Notes: generated by a model from the sequence alone, not told the origin. Counted from the first letter of the stretch, positions 8,163 to 18,093 are shown. The stretch is 64,000 nt of DNA from a virus (IMGVR_UViG_3300042257_000126:1-64000); one strand, 5' to 3'. Numbers and translations: made by a program.

Positions 8163-8514
8163 AGGCAAAGCACTAAAATATCGTGAACGGGACTACGATC
8201 CTGAGATTGATGCAGAATTAGGTTATGAAATAGGTTCAGTTGTGTACGAACCGTATTACGTGGACGGTGTGATTCTTGATGTTATCAAACTCACAGACGT
8301 AAAGGGTGATAAGGCATACGCGGGTAAAACCACAGACGAAAACGGTAAAGAAGTTGCAGAGTATCACGACGTATTCACACCTGTTTCCGGTGTGTATGTG
8401 ATCTTCGCTGAATACGATGAAAACATCTATCGGTTAGGTGTACACGACATTGCTAACATTCGGATTACAGATAAGACAATGATTGAATACGAAAAATTGA
8501 TGTGGAATGGATAG
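8149..8514 (+). CDS. Hypothetical protein
   Basis: ORF overlapping both neighbours. Confidence 0.7.
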   Translation: MFPLRGKALKYRERDYDPEIDAELGYEIGSVVYEPYYVDGVILDVIKLTDVKGDKAYAGKTTDENGKEVAEYHDVFTPVSGVYVIFAEYDENIYRLGVHDIANIRITDKTMIEYEKLMWNG

Positions 8515-9106
8515 TCGTGAAGAAGAAATGTTCTTTGAATACCTGACGGAGCTAAAAGATGCAGGATACATTACCGAGATAATCTACCAACCGGAATCAT
8601 TTGAATTAAGCCCTGAGAGGTGTGTAGGAGCGTCTGTAACGAAACGAAATGATGAAGTTGATAAAAGTATTGTCTTGGCGAAGAAACACGCTTATACAGC
8701 CGATTTTGACGTTACGTGGGATGAATCCGCACACGGGTTGTTTTACTGGCAGGAAGGCGGCGTGTATCCGAATAACTTTTATCCATATCGAAAGAGTTCA
8801 CATGACAGTTTTATACCATTTTTTGCTCAGCAGGGTTCTTCGTTGATTGATGTGAAGGGAGAGTTTATTGGCAGGAATAACACTTCTGCCATAACTTTCC
8901 CTATCAATCAGAAGTGGCTTCTAAGTCAGGGTGTGTACGTTCAAAAGGTGGTGGTGTCGTTAACAGAGAAGGGGATATTCGCACGAACATTTACACCGCA
9001 ATCCGTGGTTCAAAGTGAAGTTTACAAGGTAGGCGACAAAAAAGGGAGTAGTAAATTAAAATACAACTATATTAGTTTAGAAGAATATGTTCGTAATAGA
9101 GAATAG
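8507..9106 (+). CDS. PD-(D/E)xK endonuclease (DUF1064-like)
   Basis: DSREE, QPESFEL, YTADF, IDVKG motifs. Confidence 0.7.
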   Translation: MDSREEEMFFEYLTELKDAGYITEIIYQPESFELSPERCVGASVTKRNDEVDKSIVLAKKHAYTADFDVTWDESAHGLFYWQEGGVYPNNFYPYRKSSHDSFIPFFAQQGSSLIDVKGEFIGRNNTSAITFPINQKWLLSQGVYVQKVVVSLTEKGIFARTFTPQSVVQSEVYKVGDKKGSSKLKYNYISLEEYVRNRE

Positions 9107-9467
9107 AAGTATGGGTTTATCGTCAGACGATGTATTTGCGTGTGATGATCTGTTGCAATTAGAGGAGTGGTTAATGCAACAGCAGATGGATGTGGCTGCT
9201 ATTGATATGCAGTTGCTAAATGCAAAGCAATATTATGACGACACAGGAGAATATGAAAACACGCAACATTTTAACAAGATGCAAAAAGCAAAGTTGTTGC
9301 AGGGCAATCTATATAGTCTGTTGAAGAAAAAAATAGAAATGATTAAGGATGAAAGGGAATCTCTCGATTCTGCGTTAATCAAAATAATGAGAGAAAACAT
9401 AACAGACGAACATTGGAATGAGTTAGTTGATGAAGCAAAATTAAGATTGAAATGCGAAAGGCAATAG
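9087..9467 (+). CDS. Hypothetical helical protein (start may be 9111)
   Basis: ORF in the operon. Confidence 0.65.
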   Translation: MFVIENRSMGLSSDDVFACDDLLQLEEWLMQQQMDVAAIDMQLLNAKQYYDDTGEYENTQHFNKMQKAKLLQGNLYSLLKKKIEMIKDERESLDSALIKIMRENITDEHWNELVDEAKLRLKCERQ

Positions 9468-9649
9468 ACTTTTGGGACTTTATCGATCCTGACCTGTACT
9501 CTAATCCGAAGTACAAAGTAAAACAACAAACGTACTTTTTCTGGTCAGAAAAGAAACAAGAGTATCAGGAACATAAAGTCACAGAAGCATTGCAGTATAG
9601 GGATATTGAAGAATACGTTAAAAAGGGATTAATATGGTTGAATACATAA
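9452..9649 (+). CDS. Hypothetical protein
   Basis: ORF overlapping both neighbours. Confidence 0.65.
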   Translation: MRKAIDFWDFIDPDLYSNPKYKVKQQTYFFWSEKKQEYQEHKVTEALQYRDIEEYVKKGLIWLNT

Positions 9650-10101
9650 AAGGAAAGATAGCGTGGTTTCCGGCACACGAGTTAAAGAGGTTAAGCCCTG
9701 AAACACCGATGGACTTCTCTGACATAGGGGAATGGTACGACGTGCTTGAAGAAACGCTTCTTGAACAGGGGTTTATCCTACCCGAAAGCGACATTACGTT
9801 TCAGGAACAATACACAGAGAAAGGGTTTCATGTGTTTCGATACAATTGTGCGGTGGTTAAAACAACAAAACGCAACGAACAGTATATCTTACACGAAATT
9901 GGAATACAGTACTTGGGGATTAAGAAGTCGCGTGTAAGCGATTTGGATAAACTGAGCAACGTGTTAAACGTACTTAAAATGCCTGTGGACGGGAACGGGA
10001 ATCCTACACCGGAAGGTCAGGAAGCGTACAAGAATCTGAAAACGTATATCGAAAAAATGCGTGAACTTGGAGTTAGTAATCTTAAACAGTTGTTGAAATG
10101 A
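9634..10101 (+). CDS. Hypothetical protein
   Basis: ORF overlapping both neighbours. Confidence 0.7.
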   Translation: MVEYIKGKIAWFPAHELKRLSPETPMDFSDIGEWYDVLEETLLEQGFILPESDITFQEQYTEKGFHVFRYNCAVVKTTKRNEQYILHEIGIQYLGIKKSRVSDLDKLSNVLNVLKMPVDGNGNPTPEGQEAYKNLKTYIEKMRELGVSNLKQLLK

Positions 10102-10505
10102 GAGAAATAAAATTTAGGGGATTGACAGATGAAGGAAAGTGGAAAAAAGGAGAATGGGTTTACGGTGATTTATTTCATGCTGCAATAAATGACATTCAAA
10201 TATTTCCAATTGATTCGGATGATAGTTTTGCTGTTATTCCCGAAACAGTAGGTGAATATACAGGACTTAAAGACAAAAACGGGACTGAAATTTATGAGGG
10301 GGATATAGTAAAAGTGGATAAATTATATCCATTCACAGAAAAGATTTGTGTGATGGAGTGGTGTGAATGGCAAGTTGAGTTCGACTGGATGAAAAATAAG
10401 GCCGGATGGAATTTAAGAAAAATTTCAAATGGTTCTATGCAAATATGGACTAATAAAACAATTGAAGTTATCGGCAACATTCACCAAAACCCGGAATTGT
10501 TATGA
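10098..10505 (+). CDS. YopX family protein
   Basis: MREIKFRG...EYTGLKDKNGTEIYEGDIV...EVIGNIHQNPELL. Confidence 0.92.
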   Translation: MREIKFRGLTDEGKWKKGEWVYGDLFHAAINDIQIFPIDSDDSFAVIPETVGEYTGLKDKNGTEIYEGDIVKVDKLYPFTEKICVMEWCEWQVEFDWMKNKAGWNLRKISNGSMQIWTNKTIEVIGNIHQNPELL

Positions 10506-11365
10506 ACAAACTAATCATATCCGTTGACTTCGACGGTGTAATCGTAGTCGAGAACTACCCCGACATTGGAAACTTAATGACAGGGGCAAAAGAAACGATA
10601 AACAAGTGGTACAATCAGGGGCACACGATACTTATCAACACGTGCCGTGCAGGGGTGTTTTTAGAACGCTGTAAGGACTTTTTGTACGCAAACAGTATAA
10701 TGTTCCACCACCTCAACGAAAACCCGCCAGAACTGATAGAACGGTACGGTATGGACACACGAAAGCTATCTGCTGACATCTACATTGATGATCGAAACAT
10801 GGGTGGGTTCAGAGGGTGGAAACACGCTGACAAGTACGTTCATTGGATGGCATACAGAAAACCTTTAGTGATAGCTATCGTAGGTGAGTCCGGTTCAGGT
10901 AAATCCACACTTGCGGAATACATTCGGAACACCTTCGGGATACATTTGATTCAGAGTTACACCACACGACCACGACGCACACCCGACGAAGATGGACACA
11001 CATTTATTTCAGATGAAGAGTTCGACACGTTTGACGACATGATTGCGTTTACTGAGTTCGGTAAATACCGATACTGTTGCAGGGAGTCTGATGTGAAAAA
11101 AGAAAACACCTATGTAATAGACGAACACGGATTGCAGATGTTAAAGGCCAACTACGGTGAAGTGTACGACATAAAAACCATACGTGTACGTTGTGGAACG
11201 TCTGAACGTATTGACAGGGTTGGTGAAGAACGTGTTGCAAGGGACAAAGGACGCTTTAATATGCCCGCTGTGTTATTTGATTTAAATTTGCACACAGATA
11301 GTTGGCGTAAGCCATATCACGATGAACTGGATGAGTATGTCTTAAAATGGACTAATAGATTATAA
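10502..11365 (+). CDS. HAD-like hydrolase fused to a guanylate-kinase-like domain
   Basis: N-terminal SVDFDGVI, TCR, ADIYIDDR; C-terminal GESGSGKST, SYTTRPRR, YCC, YVID. Confidence 0.85.
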   Translation: MNKLIISVDFDGVIVVENYPDIGNLMTGAKETINKWYNQGHTILINTCRAGVFLERCKDFLYANSIMFHHLNENPPELIERYGMDTRKLSADIYIDDRNMGGFRGWKHADKYVHWMAYRKPLVIAIVGESGSGKSTLAEYIRNTFGIHLIQSYTTRPRRTPDEDGHTFISDEEFDTFDDMIAFTEFGKYRYCCRESDVKKENTYVIDEHGLQMLKANYGEVYDIKTIRVRCGTSERIDRVGEERVARDKGRFNMPAVLFDLNLHTDSWRKPYHDELDEYVLKWTNRL

Positions 11366-11367
11366 GC

Positions 11368-12609
11368 ATGGATTTTAACCAAGAATTATTTCAACAAATC
11401 CTTAACGACCCCCAAATGTCGTCAAGGCATACCGTTGCTGAAAAGTACGGCATGGGTGAACGAATAGCAGGATACTACTGGTGGCTTGTTCAAAATATAG
11501 ACTACGTGTCGAACATGTTTGAGACAGACAAGTCGCTGGTGGAACAAAACGTGCGATACCAAAAACAGAAGCAGCACATGATGGATATAAACAGGATAGA
11601 ACGCAAGTCTTTCCGCGAATATGCCAGAGTGGAAAATGCTGTTTCAGAGTACGCAAAAGAACTGATGCGTATATTCGATGATAATCCGTACAAAGTGGAA
11701 ACGGTTTATCACGATGTAGTTGGAGACGCCGTTGGTGTTATTCAGTTGTCAGACACCCACTTTAACGAACTGATAAACATTAAAGGGAATAAGTACGACT
11801 TCACGGTTGCATCACAGCGCATACACAAATTGGTTTCAGAAGCCATAAATTACTTTAACCTGTATAATGTAAGCGATGTGTTTGTATTTTTAGGTGGGGA
11901 CTTGATGAACAGCGACAGAAGGCTGGATGAATTAGTGTCAATGGCTACCAACAGGTCTAAAGCTACCTTCATTTCTGTTCAGATACTTGAACACGCAATA
12001 CTTCACTTAAACACACATTTTAACGTTCACGTAGCTGGAATAAACGGCAACGAATCCCGTGTTACAGGAAAAGAGTACAACTGGAGCAACGAACTCGTAT
12101 CCGACAACTATGACTTTACAATTTTCAACGTGTTGCGATATAAGCTAAAAGACAGCGATGGTATATCGTTTCTCGGACTATGCGACAAATATGAAGAAGT
12201 AGTTGATGTTAACGGTAAAAACTTTCTGCTTGTACACGGACACCAAATAGGAAAGGACATATCCAAAGACATTAGCAAGCTGATACGAAAGTACGCCGTT
12301 AAGGACATTTCGATTGACTTTGTTATTTGGGGGCACATACACGAAGCAATGATAGCTGATATGTATGCACGCAATTCGTCCGTGTGTGGTTCAAACAACT
12401 ACGCAGAAGATGCGCTTTTACTTGTAAGCAGGGCAAGCCAAAATCTGCACATCGTGTTTGACGGAGACAGAATTGATTCTATTAAGGTTGATTTGCAGGA
12501 CGTATCAGGGATCGAACCATACCCGACACAAGACTGGATAGATGCCTATAATCCAAAATCAGTAGATAAGGCACACAAACAAGAAACGATATTAAGAATA
12601 ACAATATGA
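11368..12609 (+). CDS. Calcineurin-like metallophosphoesterase
   Basis: LSDTH, GGDL, GNE, HGH, GHIH motifs. Confidence 0.85.
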   Translation: MDFNQELFQQILNDPQMSSRHTVAEKYGMGERIAGYYWWLVQNIDYVSNMFETDKSLVEQNVRYQKQKQHMMDINRIERKSFREYARVENAVSEYAKELMRIFDDNPYKVETVYHDVVGDAVGVIQLSDTHFNELINIKGNKYDFTVASQRIHKLVSEAINYFNLYNVSDVFVFLGGDLMNSDRRLDELVSMATNRSKATFISVQILEHAILHLNTHFNVHVAGINGNESRVTGKEYNWSNELVSDNYDFTIFNVLRYKLKDSDGISFLGLCDKYEEVVDVNGKNFLLVHGHQIGKDISKDISKLIRKYAVKDISIDFVIWGHIHEAMIADMYARNSSVCGSNNYAEDALLLVSRASQNLHIVFDGDRIDSIKVDLQDVSGIEPYPTQDWIDAYNPKSVDKAHKQETILRITI

Positions 12610-12878
12610 AAGAAGAATTTGAACTAATATCACCGCTGACACGATACAGGGCAAGTTTTGTAGCATCGTTTGGGTACGACTGCAAATTAGTGGAGAAAGC
12701 AGACAATTATTTAGACGACAGGATGAGGATTGTGACACCAAAAAGTTCACACGTGGTCAGCAGGAAGGGGTTGTTTGAGTTCATTCAGCGTCGCCACCCG
12801 GTTGTGCTTACAAACAAAAAACCTGAATTACATGTTATAGAACATCCAAATTGGTTTGAAAGTTTGCGATATATTTAG
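12606..12878 (+). CDS. Hypothetical protein
   Basis: ORF overlapping the previous stop. Confidence 0.6.
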   Translation: MKEEFELISPLTRYRASFVASFGYDCKLVEKADNYLDDRMRIVTPKSSHVVSRKGLFEFIQRRHPVVLTNKKPELHVIEHPNWFESLRYI

Positions 12879-12886
12879 TATCTTTG
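12855..12886 (+). promoter_or_regulatory. Bacteroidota housekeeping promoter for the tRNAs
   Basis: TTTG (12855), 20 bp spacer, TATCTTTG (12879); matches the -33/-7 consensus. Confidence 0.75.
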
Positions 12887-12902
12887 TTGAAGTTATTTAC
12901 AT

Positions 12903-12976
12903 TGCGGGGGAGTGAAACGGAAAATCATTCTGGTCTCATAAGCCAGAGATAGTGGGTTCGACTCCCACTCCCGCTA
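12903..12976 (+). tRNA. tRNA with CAT anticodon (Met, initiator-like 1:72 mismatch)
   Basis: Acceptor TGCGGGG/TCCCGCT, anticodon arm CTGGT-CTCATAA-GCCAG, T arm GTGGG-TTCGACT-CCCAC. Confidence 0.85.
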
Positions 12977-12980
12977 CTTT

Positions 12981-13053
12981 GCCGGATTAGCTCAGTTGGT
13001 AGAGCATGTGTTTTGTACTCACAGCGTCAGGGGTTCGATTCCTCTATCCGGCT
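12981..13053 (+). tRNA. tRNA-Thr(TGT)
   Basis: Acceptor GCCGGAT/ATCCGGC, D arm GCTC-AGTTGGTA-GAGC, loop TTTGTAC, TTCGA T loop. Confidence 0.9.
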
Positions 13054-13073
13054 CAACTTTTAAAATTTATGTT

Positions 13074-13220
13074 ATGAAGCCACTACCATTTATTTTAATA
13101 CCAGTTGTTTTAGGGTTTATTGCCTGCCTGTTTCTGCACCCCCCTTTTTGGGTCTGGGTGGTAACATGGATTGTATGTATTGGTGTTGGTCTTTGTTGGT
13201 TGTGGAAGAAGTCACAATAG
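13074..13220 (+). CDS. Small two-TM membrane protein
   Basis: MKPLPFILIPVVLG..., two hydrophobic stretches, ATG just after the tRNA. Confidence 0.6.
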   Translation: MKPLPFILIPVVLGFIACLFLHPPFWVWVVTWIVCIGVGLCWLWKKSQ

Positions 13221-13234
13221 GCCTCCAGACGCAA

Positions 13235-13308
13235 TTTAAGCCGTTTTGAGCCACTTTCTCAGTTGAAACGATAAAATATACCACGTATGATAAAAACACG
13301 CTTAAAAT
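13235..13308 (+). repeat. Dispersed tripartite element, copy A
   Basis: Shares an exact AAACGATAAAATATACCAC and flanking blocks with 21618-21692 (-). Confidence 0.65.
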
Positions 13309-13589
13309 ACACTTTTGAGAACCTCGTGTACGTTATTGAAACAAACTACTGCGGGGACAACTTTAAATGGAATGAAGAACTAATAGTGTTTGCAGACGCA
13401 GAGGTATATATCACAGGTGGAATATACGCAGACTATAAACACGACATGGGCGACTACTGGACACCACCGGATACGTCGCTTATCAATCGGTGGGCAGATA
13501 TTTATGAAGTTTTAATTATAATCAACGATGAAGAAAAAAGATTCACAGACGAAGAAATCTACGAACTGGAAGAACGTTTACGGGTTTAA
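13287..13589 (+). CDS. Hypothetical protein
   Basis: Acidic 100 aa ORF containing GDYWTPP. Confidence 0.65.
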   Translation: MIKTRLKYTFENLVYVIETNYCGDNFKWNEELIVFADAEVYITGGIYADYKHDMGDYWTPPDTSLINRWADIYEVLIIINDEEKRFTDEEIYELEERLRV

Positions 13590-13836
13590 GGTAAGCGATG
13601 TTCTTGGTTCGTTCAGCAGATGGTTTAGCGACGCCACAGACGGCGACGATGTTATGAGTAACACTCTGCGTGAAATAATGCTGAGGCAAGCACCACAGGA
13701 CTTTAAAGATGCTTATGAGTACTGCGAGTGGGTAGCACGGCAGAACGGGTTTGAGTTCAAAGAATTGACTGAGGCAGACTTTAAGAAAACAGGCAATCCG
13801 ATAAAAAAGTTGTTTAATAAAATATTTAAGAAATGA
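13528..13836 (+). CDS. Hypothetical protein
   Basis: ORF in the operon. Confidence 0.65.
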   Translation: MKKKDSQTKKSTNWKNVYGFKVSDVLGSFSRWFSDATDGDDVMSNTLREIMLRQAPQDFKDAYEYCEWVARQNGFEFKELTEADFKKTGNPIKKLFNKIFKK

Positions 13837-14084
13837 GTTGGAATTACAGAATGATGGTACAACCGGACAAAGACGATTACTTTTTCTCCGTTCACGAAGT
13901 ACACTACGAGAAAGATGGTACTCCGTATGCTTATTCAAAGGAACCTGCAAGTGTGGCTGGAAGCTGTATTGATGACTTAACATTTGCATTGAACAAAATG
14001 AAGGATGCTATTTTAAATAAACCCGTATTGTGGGCTAATGAAAGATTTCCAGAGGAATTTGATTACGATAAAAAAATGAAATGA
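13833..14084 (+). CDS. Hypothetical phage protein
   Basis: MSWNYR...HEVHY pattern; overlaps both neighbours. Confidence 0.75.
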   Translation: MSWNYRMMVQPDKDDYFFSVHEVHYEKDGTPYAYSKEPASVAGSCIDDLTFALNKMKDAILNKPVLWANERFPEEFDYDKKMK

Positions 14085-14635
14085 AACTACGCGAACTAAA
14101 GAAAGCAATCCGGGGTGTGTTCAAACAGCCTGTAAGAAAGTACTACTTCGGCAAAGCACGGATTGGCACACCGTATTTCTTCCCGTGGCACTACAACGGT
14201 AGTATCCTCACCATACGCAAACTAAAGCGTAGAACACACGAAGAATACGAACAGCACGTACACGGAAGATCGTGGCTGCGTGATAAACAGAGTTCTATCT
14301 ACAAAAACCTTCCAATGGTTCTACGAAACAAGTATTGGATTGTACGCGACTACTACATAGCTGTTGGCTGGCCTATCTCTATACATTGGACTAACTTGGG
14401 ATGGAAGGACAAATACGGAACACCACGCTTTGAGTGGCCGCCTCAGTTTTCTGTTTTTTTCTTTGGATTACAGTTCTGTGTTTGGTGGGTTGACCCGTGT
14501 GGTGATGATGATAGCTACTACGAACAAATACTTTGGTATCTGTATTACACCAACAGAACAGTAAAAGAGGCAGAAGAAACATGGCCGTGGACAAGCAAAG
14601 GTAAATCAACGTGGAATAAAGACTATTTATTATGA
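14081..14635 (+). CDS. Hypothetical Trp-rich protein
   Basis: 184 aa ORF overlapping both neighbours; LGWKDKYGTPRFEW. Confidence 0.75.
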   Translation: MKLRELKKAIRGVFKQPVRKYYFGKARIGTPYFFPWHYNGSILTIRKLKRRTHEEYEQHVHGRSWLRDKQSSIYKNLPMVLRNKYWIVRDYYIAVGWPISIHWTNLGWKDKYGTPRFEWPPQFSVFFFGLQFCVWWVDPCGDDDSYYEQILWYLYYTNRTVKEAEETWPWTSKGKSTWNKDYLL

Positions 14636-14967
14636 GAACACTACTATTATTTTTATTGCTTTCTTGGGGTGCAACAGCACAGGTCGCTTACACCGTACAC
14701 GTAGAACTGTTCCCCAAAGACTATGTGGGTGTGGGGTATCACATCTTCGTTCAAAACAGCGTGTACAGAGAAAACCTATACACGATGACCCCTGCCCAAA
14801 TTGATACGATTGCCAGACGGCAAACGGGGTTTAAAGTGAACACTTATCTAAAACTGCAAAACAACACGTTCTACGAGTTTCGTACCGACGATGTGTGGAT
14901 TGCCGTTGAGAAGAAACGTGTGTATAGGAAGAATGATAAATTAAAATACAAAAGATGGGTAAAATAA
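14632..14967 (+). CDS. Hypothetical exported protein
   Basis: Signal peptide MRTLLLFLLLSWGATA|Q. Confidence 0.7.
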   Translation: MRTLLLFLLLSWGATAQVAYTVHVELFPKDYVGVGYHIFVQNSVYRENLYTMTPAQIDTIARRQTGFKVNTYLKLQNNTFYEFRTDDVWIAVEKKRVYRKNDKLKYKRWVK

Positions 14968-15188
14968 TAGCCTGCATACCGGCAGACACAGAAAACAAGT
15001 TATTTATTAAAGATTTTCGTATGGACAACGACAGGGCGTTTGTCAAATACCGGAGTACGTATAACGATATACCGTTTGTTGAAACACAGATATATTCTGT
15101 TGACGGTGGGCAAAACGTTGCCATAACAGGTGACGATGGAACTATTTTATTTAGGTTTAGTATGAATTGGATTAATAAAATTAAATAA
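14955..15188 (+). CDS. Hypothetical protein
   Basis: ORF overlapping the previous stop. Confidence 0.6.
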   Translation: MGKIIACIPADTENKLFIKDFRMDNDRAFVKYRSTYNDIPFVETQIYSVDGGQNVAITGDDGTILFRFSMNWINKIK

Positions 15189-15189
15189 C

Positions 15190-15594
15190 ATGGAAGAGCA
15201 GCTTGAAAAATTCCTAAAAGAGAATGGTGTATTTGACAGGTTTTGGGCTAATGCAAAAGACGACTATGCCGATGTTATGTACGTTTATAGTGCAGACTTG
15301 TGGATATTACGGGCATTTGGATGGATTGATTCACCGGAAGGTTTTGAGTTTTGGAGCGACATAGATGATATGTGGCAGGATAAAATATCTGAATTAATTG
15401 CAACAGAAGACAGGGATATTGGGTTTAAGTACATGTTTCCACAATACAGCAAATCAGCCGTTTTAAGCAACGTTCTCCATCGGGGTGATAAAATATACCT
15501 CTCAGAGATTTTAAACGATTCTACGCTACCTAAAACGGCTGTGGTGGACGAATTGATACACGGGAAAGGTTACGTCGAAGTTTACTTGAGGTGA
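15190..15594 (+). CDS. Hypothetical protein
   Basis: AFGWIDSPEGFEFW motif; last + strand gene before the convergence point. Confidence 0.7.
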   Translation: MEEQLEKFLKENGVFDRFWANAKDDYADVMYVYSADLWILRAFGWIDSPEGFEFWSDIDDMWQDKISELIATEDRDIGFKYMFPQYSKSAVLSNVLHRGDKIYLSEILNDSTLPKTAVVDELIHGKGYVEVYLR

Positions 15595-15672
15595 ATCCGT
15601 TCATACAGTTTCCACCCCAAGTAACCTGACAAGATAATTACTGTTGCTACTAAAACCATGATAAGAGGGGAG

Positions 15673-15993
15673 CTATTTGCTCCCTTTTTTTGGTTTAACA
15701 ACTACGATAACATCTTTCCATTCGAGTACAGCTTCTTTTCCTGCTGCGATCACATCTTTCACGCTGCTCTCAACCAACTTGCCGTCGTCTTTAATTGCTT
15801 TGTCTGCTTCTGCAAATACATCTGACGTTTCTAAAAACGCCTCACCGATCTCTTTAGTGATCTTAGATGCTTTGCTAAAGATAGCTTTCAGGTTCACGCC
15901 CTTCTTTCTAAAGAACGTTACGATAACTCCTGCAACAGCTACGGCTACGCCGCCCATTGCCCATTCCGAAATGTTTAAAAATAGTAATTCCAT
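15673..15993 (-). CDS. Membrane protein, holin-like candidate
   Basis: One N-terminal TM segment followed by basic residues; end of the late operon. Confidence 0.55.
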   Translation of the reverse strand: MELLFLNISEWAMGGVAVAVAGVIVTFFRKKGVNLKAIFSKASKITKEIGEAFLETSDVFAEADKAIKDDGKLVESSVKDVIAAGKEAVLEWKDVIVVVKPKKGSK

Positions 15994-16421
15994 TATGCTA
16001 ATAATTCTGGTTCGTTATACGCTTCGTGTGTGGCTGTCAACGCTGTCCGGTAGTCCAACCCCGTTAGCTCCCTGTTTAATTCTGTCGCAATACCTAAGTA
16101 CAACAAGCTGCGACGTGCCTTGTTGTAGCTGTTGATCTTCGCTAACGATGCTTTTAACGCTTCTTCTTCGTTGATAGCATCGTCCCACTCTTCGAGTTCT
16201 TTAAGAATCTTCGGAAGTGCCTTGCGGACACGTTCAAGTATCTTGTTGTCAATTTCTGTGTTCACAGTTAGTTCGACGATAACATCAGCAATCTGTGAAT
16301 CGGTTATCTTTTTTATCACTTCTACTACTTTTATCCCAACCGGGATTAGTTTCTTCGCTGCACCTGTTATCTTCTGAAACAGTTCAACTACTTTGTTTTT
16401 TATTTTTGTTAGAAAGTTCAT
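15993..16421 (-). CDS. Hypothetical helical protein
   Basis: 142 aa ORF with an amphipathic N-terminus. Confidence 0.7.
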   Translation of the reverse strand: MNFLTKIKNKVVELFQKITGAAKKLIPVGIKVVEVIKKITDSQIADVIVELTVNTEIDNKILERVRKALPKILKELEEWDDAINEEEALKASLAKINSYNKARRSLLYLGIATELNRELTGLDYRTALTATHEAYNEPELLA

Positions 16422-16433
16422 AAAATCACTGAA

Positions 16434-17186
16434 TTATAATTGCTTCCACCCTGCCGGGTATGCATCCGGGCTCCAGGTGTTGTTATCAATCAGGCTTTCC
16501 CAGGTTTTGCCATTATACAGAACTTTTTCGCCGGTTTGGTAGGCATCATGTGCGCCAGTGGGTTGTACCCATTCGGTAATTTCGCCGGGTACACGGTATG
16601 CGGTATAGAGGCTTTTTGTGGTTTCGGGTAACCAATCTGCTTGTGAGGTGTGTGTCTGGATAACGCGAAAAAGCAGGCCGTCTTTTACGAATACTTCGTT
16701 GGCTTCGTAGTATTCGTTTATGCGCCACTTCGGGTAAATGGTGGCAAGGTCTGAAAGCTGCTGTTGGGTTACTGAATCACTTTCGAGTACATTTTTTGTA
16801 AGAATGCGGAGCAGGCGTTTCATGGCCATGATATCCATATCGATGTCTATGGCATCGAGAACAGCTTCTTTTTCGGCCTGTAATTCTTCCACTGTTTTAT
16901 CCAGTACCGGGTAAGTAACGGCATCCATGTCCTGGTTGTAATACCGTTGGCCGAGTTTTTGGGTAGTTGGGTCATATTCCGGCACAATTACATCACGCCA
17001 ACCGTCATTATAATGAATGCTATCATGTACATTTTTATACCCACCCCAATAAAAAGTGCCATCCTCGCAGGTAAACTTTTCTGGAATGCCGGTTTGGATA
17101 ATTTCATTATTTTTTATTAATGCTTTCTGCTGGCTGAATGCCGTAACAGAAAGGAAAAGTGATAGTATTAAAAGTGTTGTTTTCAT
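16434..17186 (-). CDS. Signal-peptide protein with C-terminal CBM5/12-like carbohydrate-binding modules
   Basis: MKTTLLILSLFLSVTAFS|Q; QTHTSQADWLP; WVQPTGAHDAY..GEKVLYNGKTWES..NTWSP. Confidence 0.8.
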   Translation of the reverse strand: MKTTLLILSLFLSVTAFSQQKALIKNNEIIQTGIPEKFTCEDGTFYWGGYKNVHDSIHYNDGWRDVIVPEYDPTTQKLGQRYYNQDMDAVTYPVLDKTVEELQAEKEAVLDAIDIDMDIMAMKRLLRILTKNVLESDSVTQQQLSDLATIYPKWRINEYYEANEVFVKDGLLFRVIQTHTSQADWLPETTKSLYTAYRVPGEITEWVQPTGAHDAYQTGEKVLYNGKTWESLIDNNTWSPDAYPAGWKQL

Positions 17187-17198
17187 GTTGTATAATTT

Positions 17199-18092
17199 TT
17201 AATAAGAATATTGTCTAAAATTATCACCTGTATAATCTTGAATAATGATTGTTCTTGAACCAGTATCTATTTCAAAGTCCCACGGATAACTAATACCACT
17301 TGCCTGGTCATTTGTAACATACCTATACGACGAAATACCATATGGGATTCTTAAATTTGCATGATAAAGCATACCCGAAGTATATGTTGTGCAAAAAAAG
17401 TCACAGCCATTATTTATAAACTTTATTGAGGGAATATTACTAATTCCACCTGTTATGTAGGTTGTTAAATCATCCATAGTATATAGTATAATATCGTATG
17501 TTGCACTTTCAATATCATAGGGAGTTGTTAGAACATACCTTAATACCCCAATAGTATTGTCTTGAATTAGTAAATGACTTCCGCTTTCAACAAAACTAAA
17601 AGTATATCCCAAGCTAAATTCGGTAAAATCAATATTTATTGCAGTTCCCTTTGTTGATAAGTCAAAGGGGGTTGATAAAACATATTTTTTAACATCATAG
17701 GTGCTGTTATATTCTAACATGTAAATCATAGTGCCGTCTGCACTAATTAATACATCCTGTGAGTTTTCTATACCTGCTGATAATAAAGTTTGACTGTACA
17801 CCATAGTACTTAAATCCCACGCTGTGGACATAGTATATTTATCAATATCATCTCCCGAGGAACCAGTTAAAAATAAAATCGTTCCATCCTCACTTATACA
17901 AGTCCCACGCCCAGTACTCTCTTGGGTTGAATAACCAAAAAAAGTACCCGTATAAGTCAATGTTGAATAACCCACATTATCACCGCAACTTGCAGTTTGT
18001 ATGCCCGGTATCTGAAATGCCCCAATGCTCGGCACCTGTCCATTACAGGCAAACGCAAAAAATAGACTGATTAATAAAATTAGATTTTTCAT
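17199..18092 (-). CDS. Signal-peptide beta-propeller-like protein (putative receptor binding)
   Basis: MKNLILLISLFFAFACNG|Q; repeats YTMSTAWDLST, YVLSTPFDLST, YVLTTPYDIES. Confidence 0.7.
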   Translation of the reverse strand: MKNLILLISLFFAFACNGQVPSIGAFQIPGIQTASCGDNVGYSTLTYTGTFFGYSTQESTGRGTCISEDGTILFLTGSSGDDIDKYTMSTAWDLSTMVYSQTLLSAGIENSQDVLISADGTMIYMLEYNSTYDVKKYVLSTPFDLSTKGTAINIDFTEFSLGYTFSFVESGSHLLIQDNTIGVLRYVLTTPYDIESATYDIILYTMDDLTTYITGGISNIPSIKFINNGCDFFCTTYTSGMLYHANLRIPYGISSYRYVTNDQASGISYPWDFEIDTGSRTIIIQDYTGDNFRQYSY

Positions 18093-18093
18093 T

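Noticed and set aside
12996-13073. 5' extension of ORF 12996-13220
   Set aside because: It overlaps tRNA-Thr; ATG 13074 is the plausible start.
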